A DNA stretch of 64,000 nt, from NCBI GenBank assembly GCA_035221665.1, contig CM069148.1, positions 21,452,001-21,516,000 of the forward strand. The letters run 5' to 3'. The notes below the pieces were generated by a model. It was given only the letters and a program-made list of their open reading frames with translations, was not told the DNA's origin and made no database searches. The DNA is from Okamejei kenojei. Taxonomy: Eukaryota. Below, piece after piece: positions 54,054 to 64,000 of this stretch. Positions within the stretch are counted from its first letter, which is position 1; the number at the start of each line of letters is the position of its first letter. The translations under genes were made by a program, and so were the position numbers.

Positions 54054-55423
54054 CCCTTTAATATGCTGCCTGACTCATTGTGTTTCTCCAGCACACGGGT
54101 TTTTGCTCATCATTCAGGATCTGCAATCTCTTGTGTCTCTTTAACAGCTGCATTTATTTGATTGGTTAGTATGTTCCACTAAAGTGACACCAATCTATAA
54201 GAGTGATCAAGCTAACAACATTTATTCAACACCCTTAGCTGTTTTGGGATAAAATTCAGAAAATACTGTTTGTGTAATGAGACAGACACCATCAGTTATT
54301 GATGTAGTCCTCAAGGGTAATCTTTTTTATTCTATTCCATAACTGTTGACACAAAGTACTCCTGCATTGGCTGCAACATATTATGTAGTTTTGTACTGTA
54401 AGCATACACCTACTGAATGTAGACAAAGGACAATTGAAGAGAATGTTGGTTGTTATTCTTTAGCACACCTTGGTATTATGCAATATTCAGCATTGATACC
54501 AGCATAAATACCAGCTAAAAAGCTGGAAAACTAATCAGGATATATAATTATGTAATTGCTTCAAATGGATTACAAAAGCAGTAAAGAATGCATTGTGTCA
54601 CAATATTTGTCCTGTTGTTTAACTAAAGGATAGACCCAATACAAGAAATGTGTGGTGCTTAGTTTGAAACCCATACAAATTATTTACTATGTATATACTT
54701 ATTATACTATATCTAGAGCTACCCTGACACAAGGTAACTGAAAACAGAAATGGGGGGGTATCTTGAAGATTTTCTTGCCCTTTTTTAAGAAGTGCAATTT
54801 CAAAACATTAACAACATCAATCCACCACGTTAGAGGTTAATGTTAATGAGTCTGGACTTAATAAAATCTTGAAAATCTTGAAACACTGAAGATAAACGTA
54901 TTGTCAAATAGTTATCAACAGTATAGGTTAATTGGCGAAAGTTCCCTCGACTTTCTCAAAGATCAGTCATTTGGTGGAAATTTCACTGAAATCAACCCCA
55001 CTATTTCACAAAGACAATCCAATTCTCCATTAACTGGGAGATGCCCCTTGCCAACTCTTCTCATTTTTGTTAGAGTTCCTTCTAAAGTAAGATATAATAT
55101 AAACTGCAACATAATCTAAAATCCAACAATGTTTAGGAAAGTAGCCAAATAAAAACTTCAATACAATTATTTCATACAGATTCTAATTTTTAAATATTTA
55201 AATAAAAATTACATTAATATTATATCAATTAAACTGACTGTGTGAATTTTTTTTTTAATTGTTTACACTCATTGATTTTTATTTAAATATTTTCAACAAT
55301 GTTATTATTCTTTTAGCTTGTTGCAATATGTTCAGAAGCAAAATGACATGGTGGAGTTCCGCTGGCCATCGCACCTTTATTATTTTACATTAAAATATAT
55401 ATTATAATAGAGCCATTTCATAC

Positions 55424-55600
55424 CTTTCTCTTGCAGATGTTGTTTTTCACAGAGGTCTTCCACCTGTTTCAGATTATGAAGTTAACTCTGCAATAAACAG
55501 GAACACTCTCTCTTCAGGCTTATAGTTTGGCACCTGATGTGGTGGCCTGCCTCTCTGACATGCCACTCACAAACTAGTGGTCAGACTTAACCACATTCTC
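55424..55600 (-). promoter_or_regulatory. RAG1: Candidate RAG1 promoter and non-coding exon 1
   Basis: Donor gaaag|gtatga (exon end 55424). TATA-like CTATAA at 55525..55520. E-boxes CACCTG at 55461 and 55531 and CAGATG at 55434. RUNX TGTGGT at 55538 and ACCACA at 55590. Confidence 0.55.
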
Positions 55601-56353
55601 AAACTGTGAATGTTTAGTTGCATGATGTTTTCTAACATAATAAATTAAGTGGTGTCTTTATTTGTATTTCTTATTTAGTTGTATTTATCCTTTTTTATTT
55701 TTATACTATACTGATGATAAATCTGTGAAATTCTTTGCCACAAAAGGCTGTAGAGACCAAGTCATGGGATATTTTTAAGGCAGAGATAGATAGATTCTCA
55801 ATTAGTATAGATTTCAGAGGTTATGGGGAGAAGGCAGGAGAATGGGGTTAGGAGGGAGAGATAGATCAGCCATGGTGGAGTAGACGATGCGCCGAATGGC
55901 TTAATTCTACTCCTATTCCTTATGACCTTATGACTGGCAATAAATCATAGAGTCACAGTCATGGAGCATGGAAACAGGCTCTTCAGCCCAACATCCATTC
56001 AATCCGGTTTTATCACTGAGCTGGTCCCTTTTGCCTGTATTTGGCTTATATCTTGCACAGTTATAGCATGACGTCCCAGCTCATGTACTCAATACCCTTA
56101 TGGATTAAGGGACATATTGTAAATACCTTCTGCACCACCCTGTCCGGTATTAACTCATGGACCTACTGGTCATTATTGTACAGTAAATATAATATTAATA
56201 GATATTTTCTCTTTATTGTTAAAACTTGATGAACCACACTGCAATAGCACACACCTCCTTTAGTTTTCCATCTGCATGCTGCTGCCATCTTCTGGACTGA
56301 TTTATTATCACAATATTTTTTTGCTGTTTGTCACCCAAGTCTTCTTTGCCTAA

Positions 56354-56608
56354 AGGGTCTGTCCCACTTGGGCATCATTTGCGTGCTTGTACGTGACATC
56401 ATTTACGCGTCACGACGCACGACGCCCGAGTCGTGGTGCGCACATGATGCGCGCATGACGTGCATTACGCACGCATGGCGTGCAATATGTGCGCATGGTG
56501 CATGGTGACGTAGGCAGTGACGCCGCGGTCGCGTGCGGCTGCCCCATCACAAAATCTTTGCGCGCCACCTGCGTGACGCGCAAATGGTGCCCAAGTGGGA
56601 CAGGCCCT
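56354..56608. mobile_element. 255-bp CpG-rich PIF/Harbinger MITE
   Basis: About 30-bp TIR AGGG(T/C)CTGTCCCACTTGGGCA(T/C)CATTTGCG with a TAA TSD. Confidence 0.85.
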
Positions 56609-58106
56609 TAATGCCTCTACAATCTCAATAGATGCCTCTTTCAGAGCCCTGGAGTGCAGTCCATCTGGTCCAGTTGACATAGTCACCTTCAGACCTTCAG
56701 CTTCCCGGGCATCTGCTCCTCAGTAATAGTAACTGCACTCACTTCTGCCCCCTGATTCTATTGAATTTCTGGCACATTACTGGTGTCTTTAACTGTGGAG
56801 TGACACAAAATACCTATTCAACCTCTCTATTACTCTTTATATATCTGATGGGTGTGCTCATCGCAGGAGAGAAATGAAGTAATGAGATAAATCAAGCCCC
56901 AGAGTGCAGGACAGCAGAGTGGACATATGGTTAGAGGGTGAACACAAAATGCTGGAGTAACTCAGCAGGACAGGCAGCATCTCTGGAGAGAAGGAATGGC
57001 TGACCTTTTTGGGTCGAGACCCTTCAGACATGGTTGGAGGGAGGGGGACTGATTCCACAAAAAAGCTCAGATAAGTCGATGCCATCTCAATTAATAATTT
57101 TAAATCAATCAATATATTTTTTATACATCAAATATATGAAAGGATTTGGAGTTCAGAGTAGTAGGTGGACCTAAGATACAGGTTTGGATATCTCATTGAA
57201 TAATGGAAAATAAAAGGATGGCTGAAATATGTATTATTTTTGCTATGTTTCCAGATGCAGTGCCCCCTCTATCTTCCTGAGCCTAACTACATTTGTTTGG
57301 ATTGTACGCACTCTGTGTATTTTCAGCTTCAATTTACCTAATAACCATCAATGGTTGCTCTGACAGTTATCATGTCAAATGGAGAAAATCTATCCGGGCA
57401 AAAATAATTATAGACAAAAAAAATTTGAAAGTGTATGTGGAAAATGAACTTTATGATCACAATATAGTAAAAAAATATATATATAGTGCATAAGGCTTTA
57501 TTACATTCATACTGGACGTCTTTGGTCCTGGCAAGTTGTCCTTCCATTATCTGTATTGTTTTTGTTATTGGTATTGCTTATTTCTGTCACATGTACCAAG
57601 TAACATTGAAAAGCTTTGTTTCATATGCTATCCAGGCAAATCATGACATACGTGATTACAAACAAACCATGCACAAGTGAAAAGGGTACTGCAAAGGGAA
57701 AATTGAACAGTGTGCAGAATATAGTGTTGAGGTTACAGAGAACAGAAAGTACAAGGGATGCGACATTAGATTGGGAGATCAGCGCTTTATCGCCAGTTTA
57801 TGAGAGATCCTTTCAAGAATCCAATAGAACAGGGAAAATACTGTGTAAGAAGGAACTGCAGATGCTGGTTTAAACCAAAGATAGACACAAAATGCTGGAG
57901 TAACTCAGCGGGACAGGCTGCATCTCTGGAGAGAAGGAATGGGTGGCGTTTCGGGTTGAGGCCCTTCTTTGGACTGGGTAGGGATGAGGGGAACGAGAGA
58001 TATGGACGGTGATGTGGAGAGATAAAGAAAAATGAATGAAAGATATGCAAAAAAGTGTGCTTGAATCTGGCCGCTGCACCACACAGCACCTCCCGGCTCC
58101 ACTCAT

Positions 58107-58211
58107 CGGCTTCCCCGACTGCACACAGCGGCTTCCCCACTCCACACAGGGCTTCCCCCAACTCCACACAGCGGCTTCCCCAACTCCACACAGCGGCTTC
58201 CCCAACTCCAC
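58107..58211. repeat. Minisatellite, about 22-bp unit CGGCTTCCCCAACTCCACACAG x ~5, inside a repeat that ends TAGTATAGAT (about 58549)
   Basis: The tandem units are directly visible. The host terminus resembles Helentron/HINE-type elements (inference). Confidence 0.75.
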
Positions 58212-60125
58212 TCTTGTGGACTCAATCAGTACGGCTTGTGGACTCAGCCCCGCCTCCGGGACTTTATTCTTCTTGCCCCGGTGATTGACAGCGGATGCCG
58301 GAAGGGGCATTACCTTCATGGTGACTGGCAGGCGAGAAGACCAATCTGCTGATCTCACGATTTTTTAAGCCTTCATAACATTTGTAATATTCTACCGATC
58401 GGAACAAAACTTGGTGCGCTTAGAGCAGTAGAGAACGGTGAGTAAGGTGGCAAAAAAATCCTAGCGATATAGGGTACCGTTTTTGCGCAAATTTAAAAAA
58501 AAGGCAAACCGGAAGAGGACAAGGTGAGAGTTTTAGTAATAGTATAGATGGGTGGAGTCAATAATGGGGGAGGGGAGTGCTGGTTTGTGTAATGCACTTC
58601 GCTACTTCCAAAACTTCCTGCAATTTCTTATGGTTCTGGGCAGAGCTGTTGTCATACCAAGCTGTGATGCATTCAGAGAAGTCGCATCTTTGTGGTTGGA
58701 CCAGGACAAGGTGCTGACGATATTTACACCTTGCAACATAAATTTCCTAATTGTCTCCACTCCATCGCTATTGATGCAGACGTGGGCATGTTCTTCACTA
58801 GCTCCTTTACTGACATGGAGGGAGCGGTTGTTATATTGACACCATACGACGAGGATCTCTATCTCTTTCCTGTACTGTGCCCCACCCCAACAAAGATGTG
58901 ATTGTGTGGAAATGTTCCACTCACATTGCCATCAAATTTTAGGCCTGCATGTACAAAAGGTTCAGCAGTTCCATATACAATTTGAATCGTTGAAAAAATA
59001 AACAGATACTAAAAAATATAAAAGGTTGGAAATTATGGCTTATCATTTTGGTGACCGAGTGCTGAAGATATTCTTATAACATTAGGTAGAAACAAAGAAC
59101 TGCAGGTGCTGGTTTACCAAGGACAGGCACAACATGCTGGAGTACCTCAGTGGATCAGGCAGCATCATTAGAGAACATGGATGGGTCCCAAAACATCACC
59201 TATCCATGTTCTCCAGGGATGCTGCCTGACCCACTGAGTTACGACAGCATTTTGTGCCATTCTCATAACATTCTTCTTTGTGCGGCTTTAGCAGAGGTAT
59301 TAGCCTGCAGAAAATAAAGTGTTAAAATAATATCATCACCAGCAATAATTTTCAGCCATCACTGTTAGAAAATAGTTTGCACATCTATATAAAGCGCTGG
59401 GCACACTCTACCTTCAGAGATAAAGGAAATGCTTCTCTATATATTGCACAGAAGGTATAATTTGCTATTCTGCACTTAAGTACATCTTTAAATCAAAGTA
59501 GACTTGGATTTGGCCTCATGGAAATATGCTGATAAAATAAGCAGAGGGAAAGTATCTCAACTAATGAAAAATAATAAAATTACAGGTAATCTGTATAGGA
59601 AATTCAGAAGAAACCATTGAGTGGAAATCACTGCCAAATTAATTGAATGTCTACACTGAGAGAAATTATACAAACATTCAAGGAACAAAAGAATAATGGT
59701 GAGGAAAGATGGGAGGAAGGTCAATTATATTGCTTATTTCTGCACTGTACCCTTTATGTAGGTCAATGTAATAGAGATAAACAACTGGTTGTCTATAAAA
59801 CACATCAAAACAAAAGTGTTAGGTAGATGTAGATCATAGATTTTGAAGTGCATTGACTCCGGAGTATTTACAAAGTGATTTGCAACATAACACATTGCAA
59901 TTCAACATCTATATATTATGAGCTTAATGTATATTTAATTTTTTTAATACAACATTCATTGTAAGGGTTTGATTTGTAATAGGAATGTGATTACATTGCC
60001 CAGTTATGAAGATTACTGATAGCCTTGTTTCTGAAGAGTGCACAAGTGCATTCTAGCGTAGTCTCTTATTTTCCATTAGGGTCATATTTTTAATCAGGTT
60101 GTAATTGATGAGTAAACGAGGATAT

Positions 60126-61722
60126 TTATCTCCAGCCATATGCATTCCTTCCAAACTTGTACATTAACCTTCTATGCACCCGTTCCAGAATTCCAGTTTT
60201 GTAATAATGTCTGAAAAGCAAAATAAAATGAAGTGACCTGTCAACAATTATTTCCCTCTGTAAAATGTGACAATCAGGTATTATTCGCAATAATAAACTA
60301 CCAGTATTCAGGATTGGTCCATGAGTGATTCTATAATTGCAATAGATTTGCAGCATGCTATCTCTTAACACATATAAACTGGATTTCCATAACCTTTCTT
60401 GCACTGTTACTTTTATTTATGCTCTGGAACTTGCACCTTCCCAAAAGAACAAACCTTTAGTTTCTGCCCATCACTAACTCATAGAGTCATTGAGTCTTAC
60501 AATGTGGAAACAGGCCCTTTAGCCCAACTAACCCACACTGGCCAACATGTCCCATCTACACTAGTCCCACCTGCCTGCATTTGGCTCATGTCCTTCTAAC
60601 CTTCTCCTATCCATGAACCTGTCTAAATGTTTCTTAAACGTTCTGATAGTACCTGCCTCATTGACCTCCTCCGGCAGCTCGTTCCATACACCCACCTTTC
60701 TTTGTGTGAAAATGTTACCCCTCAGGTTTCTATTAAATCTTCCTCCCGTCACCTTAAACGTTATGTCCTCTGGTTTTCAATACTACCCTAGATATTTCAG
60801 ATATTTCTCCCAGCAGTGATGAAGGAGTGACAATGTATTTCTATGTCAGGTTTGTTTGTATCTTGGAAGGAAACCAGCTGTTGAACCCTCTAGTGCCCTT
60901 GTCCATTTGTGGAAGAGACCCAGATTGGGGCGATCCAGACTAGTAACTATAGTGTATTTTGTAGACATCTCATACTGCAGCCACAGTAGTGCAGAGATTT
61001 AATGGTAAGGGGGGCACAGGCCCTTACCAATACTGCACCGACCAGCGATCCCCACACTAGTGCCATCCTACACACTGGAGACAATGTAGAATTTTACCGA
61101 AGCCAATTAACCTACAAATCTGTACATCTTTGGAATGTGTTAGGAAACTGCAGCACCTGGAGAAAACTCATGAGGTCACAGGGCGAACATACAAACTCCG
61201 TACAGACAACATTCATAGTCAGGATCGAACCCGGGTCTCTGGTGCCATAAGGCCGCAAATCTACCGCTGCACCACCATGCCGTCCCTAAACATACTTCAT
61301 TTAACATACTTAATTTCAGATGTTAATACGATTACAGTTTTTTCTGGGATATGTATCTTGTAATGTGAACTGAACAGTGTATTGAAAAATCCTTCCCTAC
61401 TATAACTAGATTGTACATAGTTAAAAGTGCCTAATAGTGAAATAAAAATAATACCAATTTACCAAATCACATTTCTGTTTGGAAGTTCAGCATGATACAC
61501 AGATTGTTAAAGTAGCATAATGTTACCTCAATGCTCTGCTTAGTTTCTCGTAAGTCATGTGCTCATTCTTTTCCCTCTGTCCCCAGAGCTTAGCCAGAGA
61601 ATCGGACTTCACAACTTTGAATATTCCTTCTCCTCTGTCTTCCCATTCCAAAATGCCGCTGTTTTTCTCAGGAGAGTGGAAAAGATCGCAAATAAATTCC
61701 CGAAGGTACTCTCTTTGCAAAC
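60126..61722 (-). CDS. ELF5: ELF5-like ETS transcription factor, last two coding exons (61722..61527 and 60210..60126)
   Basis: Exon A: tctcctgaag|..[66 protein letters not shown]|gtaaca. Exon B: tttcag|[28 protein letters not shown]. The splice phases are compatible and the diagnostic residues fit ELF5. Confidence 0.85.
61012..61286 (-). mobile_element. V-SINE
   Basis: Reverse complement of a tRNA head (GGCATGGTGGTGCAGCGGTAGA...GGTTCGATCC) plus the V-domain. Confidence 0.75.
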
Positions 61723-62654
61723 CTTCAGGAGAAAGCAAAAATCTAATTTACTCATATATCTGAAGAAGGGTCTCAACCCGAAACATAACCCATTCCTTCT
61801 CTCCAGAGATGCTGCCTAACCTGCTGAGTTATACCAGTATTTTGTGTCAACCTCATATATCTTATGTTCCACATGTTACAAGAAAAAATCTTCCCACTCC
61901 AGTTACCTCCCACACTCCAAAGACGTATGGGTTTTGGAAGTTAATTGGCTTTGGTAAAATTGTAAATTATCTGTAGTGTGTGTAGAATAGTGCTAGTGTC
62001 TGGGGATCGCTGGTCGGCGTGGACTCAGTGGCCGAAGGGCCTGATTCCGCTGGATCTCTCAACTAAACTAAATAAAAAATTCAATTTTAGATAACATGCA
62101 TCACATTTCAATGCTTGATTGTGCTGTGCTCTGAAGATTAATTGGCCACATAATACTAATTGAGAGCCACCACCTACAGCACCGCCCCTGGAGCCCCCTC
62201 CTCCACACACAGTGTACAGGGCTCCATCAGCATGATCTAGGCAGCAGCAAGGCCTCCAGTGCTGCACTTAGGGAACCATATTAATGTATTGCCATATATG
62301 GCAATGTATGTGCTGCCATATTAACATATTCCCATGCACATTATTGTGAAATGGGGGGAAACTAGAGCTTCCAGGTGAAACCCACAAGCTGAACATGCAA
62401 AGTCCACACAGACAGCAGCAGAGTTGGGACTGAACTTGATTGCTGGATCTGTGAAGCAGAAGTTCTACTAGCTACCTCCCTAAGAATTTGAAACTGAGCA
62501 TCAGCTTGGCACACTGCATGGAAGTTTCCTGCGAAGAAGTTACCCAGCCTGCATTCAACATCTCCAGTGTCGAGGAGGCCATGTCGAGATTGTGTGCATC
62601 TGGGAACAGTTTGTATTCCTGTTTGGCAAGAAGGAATTGTAAATAGCTCATTCT

Positions 62655-62995
62655 ATGCTCCCCCAGTCTAGTTTCAGTCAATAAAATACTGAATCAAGCT
62701 TGAGCAACTAAACTTTATTTTGGATAACACAACAACAGTTCCCTATACAATACCTAACCACCGCAGGTTCAATCCTTGTATCTGCTTGGCCAAGCCCTTC
62801 CAGCCTCATGCAAGCAGAGACTCTCCAAAAGGTCACGCAATCCCAAGTGTTCTTCCAGAAGATCGACATCGGACCTCGTGGAGCTACCTTTTATATGTCC
62901 CCGAACCTTGAGGGGCCGAACCACATGGGGGTGGTCTCTTTATAAACCAATCAAACATATTGATAATAACAGTACATCATTGACAGTTCCATAAC
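62655..62995 (-). mobile_element. Possible solo LTR
   Basis: About 340-bp block with TATA-like and AATAAA motifs on the - strand ending in ...CA. The 5' TG is imperfect and no TSD was confirmed. Confidence 0.3.
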
Positions 62996-64000
62996 CCAAT
63001 AATACAATCTGGAATACATTGTATTTGAAAGAAGCTTCTAGAAGGAAGCCAACACAGATGAATAGTGCAACATGTGCCCTGGGATTCAAACAGTTCCTCT
63101 AAGGCTCAACATTTCAACCAATCAACAATTAACAGGGCACTCGTTTCACAACATTATTTATACTATTTGCAATGCCTTTACAGCAATCCAATCGGAATGA
63201 TGCATTTAAGGTTCATTTGCAAAACTACTATACATTTTATCAAGTTAGGAGAAACAAGGAGAACACCTGGATCTTTCACCATCCTGCATATCAGTCTGAG
63301 CCTTGGCTGGCTGGCAGGCACCATCCAATGCCTGTAAATTTCAGCTGACAAGGGTTAAGTAATTCTGACAAGTGCAGGGATCCTCCATTTTATGGTGACT
63401 TTAATTTGGTCAGTATTAACAGAATGAGTTTGAAGAGCCATGCTGCATCACCCTTAGTAACAAAATGGAGATGCTAATGGAAAGGGAATAGATGGTAAAT
63501 AAGGAAGAGCAAACCAGGTAGTCACAGAAGGATTGGTCCCTTCAAAATTCTTAAAGGGGAGATGGAGAGAAATCTGTCTGATGGTGGAATGTTCTTAAAG
63601 GTGGTAGAAGTTATAAGAGATGAATACATGACAATATGCTGTTCAAGAATATTACAATTATAAACTACAAGTCCTTGTGATTTAGTTCCTGCACTCAACC
63701 CGAGTCAGAGGTTCCTAGCCAAGCAACACAGTTAACATTACAATTGCTCCGTAGTTAATATTTTACAGATTTCTGCTTCAAAATTCTCAATGGCATTTGG
63801 CAATCCAACATGCTCTTTTCAAGCAGGAGGTGATGCATAATTCATGTATGAAATGGAACTCTGCCACCTTGTGAGAATGTTAGGGAAGGGTGCTTTTTCA
63901 CATTGTTGTACAAGATAATGTGATCCAAAGGCATGAATTAGCTTTCGTATAAATTAAACATACACGGATATCACTGTTAATAATAATTACACGCGCATGT

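Noticed and set aside
58107-58211. CRISPR-like array
   Set aside because: The units are contiguous with no unique spacers, and the context is eukaryotic. It is a minisatellite.
63266-63331. Possible upstream exon of the ELF5-like gene
   Set aside because: The acceptor (tttacag) is plausible, but the donor and frame are ambiguous and there is no recognisable similarity.
1-64000. RSS or RAG-transposon TIR remnants flanking RAG1/RAG2
   Set aside because: The CACAGTG heptamers I checked (about 7194, 23128, 30466, 36709, 62208) and a GGTTTTTGT nonamer (10086) have no partner at 12- or 23-bp spacing. This was a by-eye scan only.

Overview
This is vertebrate genomic DNA, repeat-rich, with one N-gap at about 36495-36647. 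It contains the RAG locus of a cartilaginous fish; the repeat families and RAG divergence suggest a skate or ray (inference). RAG2 (+, CDS from 32299) and RAG1 (-, 51439..48341, intact, one coding exon) are convergent and about 14.5 kb apart. Candidate non-coding first exons with E-box/RUNX-rich promoters lie near 27.8 kb (RAG2) and 55.5 kb (RAG1). IFTAP (C11orf74/NWC) runs on the - strand from a CpG-rich promoter inside the RAG2 intron; that promoter has an inverted pair of ZNF143-type sites and an RFX X-box. Main observations: (1) the first coding exon of IFTAP is split by a young, near-intact CR1 LINE with a perfect 13-bp target-site duplication; (2) the last two exons of an ELF5-like ETS gene, carrying a Trp->Arg change in ETS helix 1, sit about 4.6 kb upstream of the RAG1 promoter; (3) the RAG2 hinge/PHD region is frameshifted, most likely by consensus errors near the gap; (4) Penelope-derived repeats carry minimal hammerhead-ribozyme cores. 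The rest is CR1, Rex1/Babar, RTE, L1/Tx1, Penelope, Gypsy, PIF/Harbinger MITEs and V-SINEs.
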